From the NCBI RefSeq assembly GCF_004010195.1, contig NC_057750.1, positions 10,639,316 through 10,688,762 on the forward strand: a DNA stretch of 49,447 bases. The letters run 5' to 3'. Position numbers and translations under genes: made by a program. The stretch is from Chiloscyllium plagiosum. Taxonomy: Eukaryota. The notes beneath the pieces are model-generated. The model saw nothing but the letters and a program-made list of their open reading frames with translations, was not told where the DNA came from and made no database searches. Of the stretch, positions 37,351 to 49,220 are shown one piece after another (position 1 is the stretch's first letter; each line of letters begins with the position of its first letter).

Positions 37351-38087
37351 CGCCACCTCAGGCTGTCTGCTCAGTGCTCCTGATGAAGAAACAATCCCAC
37401 CTGACTCTGCTTTACACCAGCAGCGAGATGAGCCCTTTAAGGGGGCATTAAATTGAGGTAGGCTTAGCCAGACTCCTAAGGGCCTTTTGGATGCAATCTG
37501 GCTGGATACAGTGAGATGCTGAGAGCATTGGACATGATTAAGACAAAGATGAATAGATTCTCGAGAGGCTGGGGGAATGAGGGTTCCTGAGATGATAATG
37601 CCCAATTTCCACGAAAGAATTTTCAAAACAAGTCATCCCTCCTACTCAACAATTCCATTCTCTCGTGTTTAACCGGCTTCTCTTCAAAATATTACTACTA
37701 TTTCTTCAACCACACTTGAGGTATAGCATTCCACATTCTAACCACTCTCTGAGTAAACGCTGAATTCCTTGTTGGACTTATTACTGATGATCTTATATTT
37801 ATGACTCCTGGTTGTGGCCTTTCCCACAAGAGAAAATATCTTTGTTACAACTAATCTAATGAACCACAATCACTGAGATAGTTGTCATGGCCACCATTAC
37901 TGAGCAGGCCATTACCATCCTGTGCAATTTAAATGCCCTGCCTGCCTCCAAACACACCAACATGAAGGGGGTAAAATACTCCTCAGTGATTTCTTGGGAT
38001 CTTGTGTTTCTTCATCTCCCCAATTCCTCAAAGATACTCACATTGGGTAGTATATTCTGTTGTCAAAACCTGGACTGATATCCCACC

Positions 38088-38380
38088 GTGGGCGGCACGG
38101 TGGCACAGTGCACTGCTGCCTCACAGCGCCAGAGACCCAGGTTCAATTCCCGCCTCAGGCGACTGACTGTGTGGAGTTTGCACGCTCTCCCTGTGTCTGC
38201 GTGGGTTTCCTCCGGGTGCTCCGGTTTCCTCCCACAGTCCAAAGATGTGCAGGTCAGGTGAATTGGCCATGCTAAATTGCCTGTAGTGTTAGGTAAGGGA
38301 TAAATGTAGGGGTATGGGCGGGGTGGTGTGGACCTGTTGGGCCGAAGGGCCTGTTTCCACACTGTAAGTAATCTAAACTA
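38088..38380 (+). mobile_element. Young HE1-like SINE
   Basis: gtgggcggcacggtggcacagtg...ggttcaattccc, V-domain and tail aagtaatctaa. Confidence 0.9.
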
Positions 38381-39040
38381 TCTGAGAGAAAAAAACATCT
38401 TCTCATCTCTTTTCTGAAAGGGCAACCCCTAATTACAGAACAGTGCTCACTAGTTCTAGACTGATACACAAGAGGAAACATCCTTTCCATGTCCACTTTG
38501 TCAAGACCATTCAGCATCTTACACAATAAAGTCATCTCTCACCCTTCTAAACTCCAGTGGAATCAAACCCAGTATGTCCGTGCTTTCCTCATAAGACAAC
38601 CCACTCATTCCAGGTATCAATCTGGTCAATCTCGCTCATTGAATCTGATTGAAACATACTCAATGCTGAAAAGGTTTGATGGGACTGAAGTTGAGAGGCT
38701 GCTTCCCCCAGAATGGGGAAAGGGGCTACAGTCTTAGGATAACGGGCTGATCATTGTGGAAACTAGCTATTTGGCCCAGGTAGTCCACACTGACCCTCCA
38801 AAGAGCATCCCATTCAGATCCCCCTCCACCTCTATTCCTGTAAACAGCTAGTTAACTCACCTAGCCTCCACATTCCCTGGGCACAATGGGTAGTTTAGCA
38901 TGGCCAATTCACCTAACATGAGATAAGCACTTTCTTTGCTCAAAGGGTGAACCTTTTGGAACTTTCTGCCCCCAGAGGGTTCCATTATTGAATTTATTTC
39001 AGGCTATGATAGACACATTTTTGGTTTCTCAATTTTGAAT

Positions 39041-39270
39041 TGTGATTTTGATTTATTACTGTCACATGTACCGAGATACAGTGAAAAACATTGTTTTGTG
39101 TGCTAAGACCACACTTTGCATAAGTACATCAAGGTAATGGAACAGAATGCAGAATATAGTATCACAGCTACAGAGAAGGTGCAGCAAAAGATCAACTCCA
39201 ATATATGAGAGATCCATTCATTTGTCTGACAATAGCGGGGAAGAAGCTGTTCTTGAATTTGTTGGTGAAT
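39041..39270 (-). mobile_element. Rex1 3' end fragment
   Basis: Reverse complement resembles 14830-15070 (NKFKNSFFPAIVRQMN plus 3' UTR). Confidence 0.75.
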
Positions 39271-39499
39271 CTGAGGAACATGGGGAGAAGTTGATCTAAG
39301 GGACATTAAAGCCAAATGTCAAACACGATTGTGTTGAACAGTAGAACTGACTGGATGGGCCAATCGGTCAATTCCTGCTCTTTCTTCTGGTCATTGAGAA
39401 ATCTAGCTCAGGACTTTCTTGAGCTACTGCTCACCATGGCACATTGTATGGTTATCAATTGTATCAGGTGAGAAGAATAATCTCTGATATGAAGGACAC

Positions 39500-39990
39500 A
39501 GAAACATAGAAAATAGCAGCAGGAGTAAGCTGATCATCCCACTTTTCTCCCATATCCTTTGATCCCTTTCATCCCACGTGTGATATCCATCTCCTTCTTG
39601 AAAACATTCAATGTTTTGGCTTTGACTACTTTCTTTAGCAGAGAATTCCCCAGACTCATCACATCCTGGGTGAAGAAATTTCTCCTCATCTCAGTCCTAA
39701 ATGTTTTACTCTATATCTTTGGACTATGACCCCCTGGTCTGGACTCCCTGGTCATCGGGAACATCCATCCTACATCCACCCTGTCTAGTTCTGTTAGAAC
39801 TGTATAGGTTTCGATGAGATCCCCCCGCCTCATTCTTCTAAACTCCAGTGAATATAATCCTAACCGATACAAACTCTCCTCATACGTCAGTCCTGCCATC
39901 CCAGGAGTCAGTCTGGTAAACCTTTGCTGCACTCCCTCTATGGTCAGAACATCCTTCCTCAGATAAGGAGACCCAACTGTACACACTATG
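39500..39990 (-). mobile_element. CR1 3' fragment
   Basis: SPYLRKDVLTIEGVQQRFTRL...RGDLIETY. Confidence 0.9.
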
Positions 39991-40479
39991 TGGTTGCAGT
40001 TGGAAAGGAATGCAGTTCAGTTGAGAGATAGTGCTAGCTCCATGTGACCTCCCTGGATTTTAGTCATAAGTAGGAATGCCCAGAAGCAAAGATTTCATCA
40101 TAGTTGAATCACTGGCTACGTTGAAAGAGTCTCAGGTCTACTGAAGTCTCACCACTTGGTCTGGATCAAGGGTACAGTACATTCTCACACTCACGTCACA
40201 GGGCTGAGTGTACCCATTGCATCTGTCTGTTAGCTAACTGACGAGGCCGAGTACAGGCAATCACATCTCAGCAAAGCCAAAAGAAAATACATCGTGGGGT
40301 CAGCCAAAAGTCACAATCATTTCTCATCTTTACGTTTTCCTTCAGCAAACCATCTGCCTTCATGACTTTCTCCTCTGCCCATCCAGTCATCGGGGCATGT
40401 ACACAGATAGGATCCAAAAATCACTTCAGACACAAGAGAAATAGATGCACAGCACAAGGGCTGACCATGGGAACAAAGG

Positions 40480-40795
40480 CTCTCTATCTCTGTCTCTGTT
40501 TCTCCTCTGTCTGTATTTCTCACCCGCACTCTCTGCTTCTGTATGTTTCTATGTTTCTGTGTCTCTGACTACGTCTCTTTGCCTCTCTGTCCATGTCTCT
40601 GACTATGGGTTTGTCTCTGTCTCTGTCCACGTTACTTTCTCTCTGCTTCTTTGCCTATCTCTATCTCTCTGTCTCTTTATCTCTCTCTCTCTTTCTCTCA
40701 GTGTCTGTCTCTCTGTCCCTTTGTTTTTGCTCTCCCTCAGTCAGGCTGTCTGTATCTCTCTCTGTGTTTCTCTGTCTCTCACAATCTCTATCACA
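40480..40795. repeat. Degenerate (CT)n-rich low-complexity region
   Basis: Interrupted tctc/tgtc runs. Confidence 0.85.
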
Positions 40796-41270
40796 ATGTA
40801 ATGTGCTCAGAAAGAAGTTTGAAAGAAAATGGAGTGATAGAGCGAAGGAGAGATTCCTATTCAGGGAGATTAAAGCAATGCAGAGGACAAATAAAGTGTG
40901 GAGTGATAATCACAGATAGGCAATATCCTGTATCATTGAAGGAATCAAAGTGACCCTCTGAGGGGTTAAAACATTTAGAGATCAGCAATGACTCCAGCAT
41001 CCAGCCTCAAGAAGACGTCCAACTTGATCTTTTGGATCCTCTTGGAGTCAATTAGTCATGTGAAAATTTCTTTATCTTTTTAAAAATAGTTCTTGGGATG
41101 TGGGTACCATTGTATAAGATAGTCATTCTGAAGGGGTTAATGGTGAAAATCATATAAAGCTTCACCTAATCCGAAGAACTCACATTGGCTTGGATAAACT
41201 GATATCCAAAGGTCTCTCATAGTTTAACGAATCATGGATAGCAAACTGATCTTCATAATGAGTGGATTCA

Positions 41271-42602
41271 AATAGAATCCCTACAGTATGGAAGCAGGCC
41301 ATTCAGCCCATCAAGTCCACAACACCCTTCCAAAGAGCATCCCACCTTGACCCACTTCATCACCCTCCATTTCCCATGACTAACTGACCAAACCTGCACA
41401 TCCTTGGACACTATTGGGGTAATTTAGCATGGCCAATTCACCCTGACCTACACATCCCTGAACACTATGGGGTAATTTAGCATGGCCAATCCACCCTAAC
41501 TTGTGCATCCTTGAACACTATGGGATAATTTAGTATGGCCAATCCACCCTAACCTTCACATCCTTGGACACTATGGGGTAATTTAGCATGGCCAATCTAC
41601 CCTAACCTACACATCCCTGAACACTATGGACACTGTGAGGTAATTTAGCACGGCCAGTCCAACCTAACCTGCACATCCTTGGACACTATGGGGTAATTTA
41701 GCATAGCCAATCCACCCTAACCTGCACATCCCTGAACACTATGGGTAATTTAGAATGGCCAATCCACGCTAACCTACACATCCCTGAACACTATGGGTAA
41801 TTTAGCATGGCCATTCCACCCTAACCGACACATCCCTGAATACTATGGATAAGTTAGCATGGCCAGTCCACCCTAACCTACACATCCCTGAACACTATGG
41901 GGTAATTTAGCATGGCCATTCCACCCTAACCTACATATCCCTGAACACTATGGGTAATTTAGCATGGCCAATCATCCTAACCTACACATCCCTGAACATT
42001 ATGGGGTAATTTAGCATGGTCATTCCACCCTAACTTACACATCCCTGAACACTATGGGTAATTTCACCTGGCCAATCCACCATAACCTACACATCCCTGA
42101 ACACTATGGGGTAATTTAGCATGGCCAATCCATAGTGTTCAGGGATGTGTAGGTTAGGGTGGATTGGCCATGCTAAATTACCCATAGCGTTCAGGGATGT
42201 GCAGGTTAGGTGAATTGGCCATGCTAAATTGCCCGTAGTGTTAGGTAAGGGGTAAATGTAGGGGTATGGGTGGGTTGCGCTTCGGCCGGTCGGTGTGGAC
42301 TTGTTGGGCCGAAGGGCCTGTTTCCACACTGTAATGTAATCTAATCTAAATCTAATCCCTGAACACTATGGGTAATTTAGCATGGCCAATCCACCCTAAC
42401 CTGCACATCCCTGAACACTGTGGGTAATTTAGCATGTCCATTCCACCCTAACCTGCCCATCTTTGGACTTTGGAGGAAACTGGAAAGTTCTTACACAGAC
42501 ACAGGGAGAATGCGCAAACTCCATACAGACATTTTTCCAATGCTGGAATTGAACCCAGGTCCCTGATACTGTGGGGCAGCAGTGCTGACCACTGAGCCAC
42601 CA
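41271..42602 (-). mobile_element. HE1-like SINE with an expanded 53/54-bp internal array (~16 units) and a nested inverted SINE 3' half (42131-42356, plus)
   Basis: Tail at 41271, array ~41390-42460, head with A/B boxes at 42545-42602. Confidence 0.9.
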
Positions 42603-42604
42603 AG

Positions 42605-43190
42605 CCAGGAGCAGGGATATCTGGCTGCTATTGTACAGGGTCTTGGGGAGCCCATACCTGTAGTATTGTCTGGGGTTTTGTTCTCCTACTCTGAGGAAGG
42701 ATGTTCTGGCAATGGAGGAAGTGCAATGGAGAATAACTAGACTGATTCTTGGGATAGCAGGATTGACATATGAAGAGAGAATGGATTGGTCACGATTATA
42801 TTCACTGGAGTTTAGAAGAATGCGGGGGCAATCTCATTGAAACCTATAAAATTATAACTGGACTGGGCATTGTAAATGCAGGAAGGATGTTCCCAATGAC
42901 TAGGGAGTCCAGAACCAGGGAACACGGTTTAAAGATTTGGGGTAAACCATTTTGGACTGAGATAAGGAGAAATTTCTTCACCCAGAGTGTGGTGAACCTG
43001 TTGAATTCTTTGCCACAGAAGGCATTGAATATCTTCACGAAGGAGTTAGATGTAGTGCTTAGGGCTGGAGGGATCAAAGAATATGGAGAGAAATTGGAAA
43101 AGGGGTTGATTTGGATGATCAGTAATGATTATATTGAATGGCTGAGCAGGCATGAAGGGCTGATTGGCTTACTCCTGCTCCTACTTTCTC
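42605..43190 (+). mobile_element. CR1 3' fragment
   Basis: GNLIETYKII...RRNFFTQSVVNLLNSLP. Confidence 0.9.
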
Positions 43191-43664
43191 TGTTCATCTC
43201 CCTTGTACCTGTTTACTGCCACGCAACAAACTAAATCTTGTTAAAACACAATCTTCTTGTTAAGACTCAATCATGCTGGATTATTTACAGATTGGGCTTT
43301 CAGCACAGTCAAAGGTAAGAGGATATGGGCTGGTAGTGGCCTGGTGGCAATACCATTGGACTAGCAATCCAGAAACCGCAGGCTAATATTCTGGGGCACA
43401 CGGTTTGAATCCCACCATGGTGAAGCTGGTGAAGTTTGAAGTGTCCCTACCTCTGGGCCAGAAGGTCCGAGTTCAAGTCCCACCCGTGACAATGACACCA
43501 TAACAAATCCAAACAGATTGATAAATGAAACATCAGAAATATTCAACTATAAATGAGCCTTGTGTTGCAGTGGTACTGTCCCCACCTCTGGCACTACCCA
43601 TCTGGTGGTCAGACCTTTAAAAAAGAGATGATAAGATTGGTGGCAGCATCCTTTGATGGAAAAA

Positions 43665-44265
43665 CACCACAGGTGCCACTGGCAAAACTAGCATTTGATG
43701 CCCATCATTAGTTACCCTTGAGAAGGTAGTGGTGACCTGCTGTCCATTTGGTGTAGGTAGACCCACAATGTAGTTATGGAGAGAATTCCAGGATTTTGAC
43801 ATGTCAACATATTTCCAAGTCAGGATGGTGAGTGGCTCAGAGAGTGACATGCACAGGGTGGTGTTCCCATGTAGCTAATGCCCTTGTCCTTCCAGACAGA
43901 AGTGGTTGTGGGCTTGGAAGGTGCTGTCTAAGGATCTTTGGTGAATTGCAGTATATCCTGTAGATGGTACACACTGCTGCTACTGAGCGTTGGTGTTGAA
44001 AGGAATGGATTCTTGTGGATGTGGTGCCAATCCAACGGGGTGCTTTGTCCTAGATGGGGCCAAGCTTCAATGTTGTAATCCACACAAATTCCATCACACA
44101 CCTGACTTGTGCCTTGTAGATGGGGACGCAGGAGGTGAATTACTCAATGCAGGATTCCTAACATTTGACCTGTTCTTGTAGACACTGTGTTTATGTGAGC
44201 GATCCACTTCAGTTTCTCGTCAATATTTAGCCCCAGGAAATTGATAGTGTGGATGGGAGTGCCAT
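43665..44265 (-). mobile_element. L2/Crack-like LINE 3' fragment
   Basis: Homologous to 17975-18800. Confidence 0.7.
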
Positions 44266-44819
44266 AGAGGGCATTAAATAAATAGATATATCTTTAATAT
44301 TTGGGAACAAAATAAACAATCTTGGGTAAATTAAGGTCAAATTAAGTTCCCTTTCAGCTAAATAAACACATAATTCAAAGCTGGTCTCTTTGGTTAGAAA
44401 CTGTGTGATTCACCAAGTTCATCTATTTCACAGTCCGTCTGTATCTCTCGGAACTACTCCCTCACTCCGAACCTTCTCTCACCCGTGACTCAGCAGGCAG
44501 GATGTACCAGGCCACGGAGATACTGGAGGGTGAACACTCCCCAGTCTGTCTCTCTTGAAGTCTGTATCAGTGACCGCAGACCGTGAGAAGACAGGCTTAG
44601 AGCAGCCAGTCACAAGGAGGTGAAGAATCAAGGATCTTGGTGTGAGGAGGCTTTCAAGGATAGAGATATCAGTCTTAGTTAGGGCACACAGTGTGGGTCT
44701 ATCAGAATGACACTGGGACTAAAAGGGTTAAATTACAAGAGCAGGTTGTGTTCCTCTGAGTTTGGAAGATTCATGCTTTCTCTCTTTGAGGGAGTTTTAA
44801 GATGATTTAGGAATCTAAG

Positions 44820-45660
44820 AGTACAATGGGATCCCGATAAGCTGTACCAATGGGCCAAGGAGTGGCAGATGGAGATTAATTTAGATAAATGTTAAGTGTT
44901 GCATTTTGGCAAGGTGGGCAAGGGTAGGACTTACACAGTTAATGGTAGGGCCCTGGGAGATGGAATCGAACAGAGACACCTAGGGGTTCAGATACATAGT
45001 TTCCTGAACATTGCATCACAGGTAGACAGGGTGGTGAAGGAGGTGTTTAGCTCGCTTGCCTTCATTGGTCAGAGTATTGAGTATAGGAGTTGGAATGCCA
45101 CGTTGTGGCTGTATAGAACGTTGATGAGGCCACTTTTGGAATATCGTGCACAGTTCTGGTTGCCCTGCTATAGGAAGGATATGATTAAATTGGAAAGGGT
45201 GTAGAGAAGATTTACAAGGATGTTACTGGGACTGGAGGGTTTGAGTTATAAGGAGAGGCAGGATAGGCTGGGACTTTTTTCCCTGGAGCTTAGGAAGTTA
45301 AGGGGTAGCCTTATTGAATTTATAAAATTGTGAGGGGCATAGATAAGGTGAATAGCAAAAGTCTTTTCCCTAGGGTAGGGGAATTCAAAACTGGAGGGAA
45401 TATTTTTAAAATGAGAGGAGAAAAATTTAAAAGGCACCTGGGGGCAACTTTTTCACACAGAGGGTAGTTCGTATGTGGAATCAACTGACAAAGGAAGTGG
45501 TAGATGCAGGTGCAATTGCATTTAAAAGACCTTTGGACAGGTACATGAATAAGAAAGGTTTAAAAAGATATAGGCCAAACACAGGCCAATGGGGGTAGTT
45601 TAGTTTGGGAAACCTGGTCGATATAGACTGAAGAGTCAGCTTCTGTTCTGTAAGACTCTA
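44820..45660 (+). mobile_element. CR1 3' fragment
   Basis: LHFGKVGKGRTYTVNG...LYRTLMRPLLEYRAQFW...LERV. Confidence 0.92.
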
Positions 45661-45914
45661 TTATTCAAACAGTTGATGGAGGATAGAGAGAATCATTTCC
45701 TCAGCTGTGGCTTGAACAAGGGACATAACCTTAATATAAAACAAAACTGCAGATGCTGGAGATCTGAAATATGCAAATACAGAAATGTTGACAAACTCAG
45801 CAGGTCAGGCAGCATCTGTGGAGTGAGAAACAGAGTTAATGTTTCGAGACTGATTAGGGTTCTGAAGATAAGTCACACTAGACCCGAAACATTAGAGTTT
45901 AATCTGGACAAGTG

Positions 45915-46680
45915 ATATAGTAACGCATTTTTGGAAATCAAATGCAAGAGGAAAGTATACAGTGAATGATAGGACCCTTAGGAGCATTGATGTATAGAGG
46001 GTTCTTAGGGTGCAAGTCCATAGCTCCCTGAAAGTGGCAATACATGTGGATTATGTGGAAAGAAGACATACAGCATGCTTGCCTTTATCAGACAGGGCAT
46101 TGAGTATAAAAGTTGGCAAGCCATGTTCCAGTTGTATAAGACTTTAGTTAGGTCACATTGGAATATTGTATGCATTTCTGATGGCCATACTACAAGAAAG
46201 ATGTGGAGGTTTTGGAGAGAGTGCAAAGAGGTTTACCAAGATATAGTTTTATCTGTGTATTAGCTATAAAGAAAGGCTGGACAAACTTGGATTGTTTACA
46301 CTAGATCATCAGAAGCTGAGGGATGACCTGATAGAAGTACACAAAATACACAAAGTACACAAGAGGCATGGATAAGGTGGATTGTCAGAGCCTTTTTCCC
46401 AGGGTGGAAATGTTAAATGTTAGGGGTCATAGCTTTAAGGTGAGAGGGGGAAAGAGTTTAAAGGAGGTGCGTGAGGCAAGTATAGAAGGTGATAGGTGTC
46501 TGGAATGCACTGCTGGGGAGGTGGTAGATGCAGATACAAAAGCAATTTTTAGGAGGCATTTAGACAGGCATATAAACAGTCAGGATATGGACCATATGCA
46601 GGCAATTTAGAATGGCATCATGGTCAGCAAAGACATGGTGGGCCGAAGGGTCTGCTCTGTGCTGCACTGTTCTATTTTCT
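45915..46680 (+). mobile_element. CR1 3' fragment
   Basis: MLAFIRQGIEYKSW...LYKTLVRSH; LFPRVEM.NVRGHSFKVRG. Confidence 0.9.
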
Positions 46681-46933
46681 AGATGCTGCCAGGCATAACC
46701 TTAAAATGTGGGCTAGGTCACTCCAAGCTCTACTAAATTAGCTTTATTGTCACATGTATTACAAGTTGCCACTTACCGCATCACCTTAGATACCAGTGTA
46801 CCTAAGTACAGTGTGAGTGTGCTGCTGGATGCGTGAAGTAGTATAAATATCAGTTCAGTATAAGCAGGTGCCCTTTCTTTTTCTGGTGTGACCTCTGTAT
46901 GATAAAACACTCCTGCAAACACACACATACACA

Positions 46934-47130
46934 GTTAAGAAAATTACACAACACCAGGTTACAGTCCAACAGGTTTATTTGGAAGCACTAGCTTTCAGAG
47001 CGCTGCTCCAACATCAGGTGATTCGCTCCAATAGCTCGTGCTTGCAAATAAACCTGTTGGACTATAACCTGGTGCCATGTGATTTTTAACTTTGTACACC
47101 CCAGTCCAACACCAGCATCTCCAAATCATG
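46934..47130. mobile_element. Inverted pair of third-family hammerhead/Penelope-like repeats
   Basis: Minus arm 46934-47020, plus arm ~47024-47130; atacaca duplicated at 46927-46933 and 47131-47137. Confidence 0.65.
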
Positions 47131-47704
47131 ATACACAAAAAGAACTTACTGATTTTTTAACATTGTGAATAATGCTGAAAAAAGACATGTTTTCATCTTT
47201 CACTGATCTGGACGATTTGTAAGAATACCAATTTGAGGGGCTACCAAAATTTATACTTTAAAGATTTCCTAACAATTGTTTTGTAGCAAGGCTAAACACA
47301 GAGACCACAGACTGTATGCTATATGAGCAGAATTAGGCCATTCAGTCCATGAAGCCTGCCCTGCCATTCTATGAGATCATGGTTGAGCTAATAATCCTCA
47401 ACTCTCCTGCCTTTTCCCTTTACCCCTTGATTCCTTCACTGATTAAAAATCTGTCTCTCAGCCTTTCTGAAATAAAGAATTTCCTGCTAATATAGAGCCA
47501 TTCCTGACCTTAGGTTGACCTGAAGCAGGTGCCAGTGTTGGACTGCGGTGGACAAAGTTAAACATCACACAACACCACGTTATAATCCAACAGGTTTATT
47601 TGAAAGCACAAGCATTTGGAGCGCTGCTCCTTAATCAGGTAGCTAGTGGGGCAGGATCACAGGACACAGAATTTATAGTAGTAGATCAAAGTGTCATACA
47701 ACTG

Positions 47705-49220
47705 ATCCCCCATCTCAAATGAGTATGCTGTTTTGGAAAATGTAGGAGGTGATGGACTCTCAGGGGAATGTAGCACAAACAGCCAAGTTTCTGGTACTGA
47801 GAATGGCTCTAATGTAATTAGGAACGTCGGATTCCAAGTGATCGATTTTGTAGGGGACTGTCCAGTCAGAGGCATAGACAGTCGTTTCTGCGACCATCAG
47901 AATAGTGTGTTGCCTCCCTGGTGCCAGGATCAATGATATCTCAGAGAGGGTGCAGAATGTTCTCAAAGGAGAGAGGGACCAGCAGGAGGTCATTGTACAC
48001 ATTGGAAAATAGGAAGAGAAAAGGATGAGATTCTGAAGGGAGATTTTAGGAAGTTAGGCAGGAATTTAAAAAGGAGGTCCTCAAGGGTAGTAATATGTGG
48101 ATTACTCCCGGTGCTACAAGCTAGTAAGGGTAGGTTTAGGAGGATAGAGCAGATGAATGCGTGGCTGAGGAGCTGGTGCAGGGGTGAAGGGTCATTTTTG
48201 GATCATTGAATGTCTTCTGGGGTAGAAATGACCTCTACAAGAAGGACGGATTGCGCCTGAATTGGAAGGGAACTAATATACTGGCAGGATTTAAACTAGT
48301 AAGCTTGGCGGGTTGGGACCCAGGAAAATAGTGAGTAAAGAGATCAATCTGAGACTGGTACAGTTGGGAAATGGAGCAAGTCAAATAGTCAGGGTAGGCA
48401 GAAACAAAGCAGAGAACAAGGTAGGATTGATAAATTAACCCTATCGCATTTATTTCAACAGAAGAGGCCTAGCATGGAAGGCAGATGAACTCAGGGCATT
48501 GTTAGGAACTTGGGACTGGGATATCTTAGCAATTACAGAAACATGGCTCAGGGATGGACAGGATTGGCAATTTATTGTTCAAGGATACAAATGCTATAGG
48601 AAAGGGATAGGAAATAAGAAAGGGATGATCACCTTATTTGGATTATATTATAGATCCCCCTTGAACAGTCGGCTGGAAATTGAGAAATAAATTTGTAAGG
48701 AGATATGATATCTGTAAGAATAATAGGGTGGTTATGGTAGGGGATTTCCAAACATAGGACTACCAAAGTTTTAAAGGTGTAGATGGAGAGGAATTTGTTA
48801 AGTGTGTACAAGAAAATCTTCTGATTCAGGATGTGGATGTACCTACAAGGTGCAAAACTTGACCTACTCTTGGGAAATAAGGCAGGGTAGGTGACTGAGG
48901 TGTCAGTGGGGGAGCACTTTGGAGTTAGCAACCATAATTCTGTTAGTTTTAAAATAGTGATAGAAAAGGATAGACCGGATCTAAAAGTTGAAGTTCCACA
49001 TTGGAGAAAGGCCAATTTTGATGGTATGAGGTAAGAACTTTCAAAAGCTGATTAGGGTCAGATGTTCACAGGTAAAATGGGAAGTCTTCAAAAATGAGAT
49101 AATGAGAGTCCAGAGACAGTATGTTCCCATTAGAGTGAAAGGCAAGGCTGGTAGGTGTAGGAAATGCTGGATGACTAAAGAAATTGAGGTTTTGGTTAAG
49201 AAAAATGAAGTATATTTGAA
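47705..49220 (+). mobile_element. CR1 5' region: ORF1 SGNH-esterase remnant and ORF2 APE endonuclease remnant
   Basis: VGDCPVRG, CLPGARI, VIVHIG, KDGLRLN (SGNH blocks I, II, III, V); then DILAITETWL, GLYYRSP, VMVGDF, LDLLLGN. Confidence 0.88.

Noticed and set aside
36858..37451. Pro/Leu/Cys-rich ORFs
   Set aside because: Minisatellite plus N gap; three overlapping plus-strand ORFs are open because of composition.
40238..40270. ctgacgaggcc...ggc as a hammerhead
   Set aside because: No GAAA after the putative stem and no NUH site or helix I.
40317..40430. GSYLCTCPDDWMG resembling an EGF repeat
   Set aside because: The remaining cysteines are missing and there are no convincing splice sites; likely chance.
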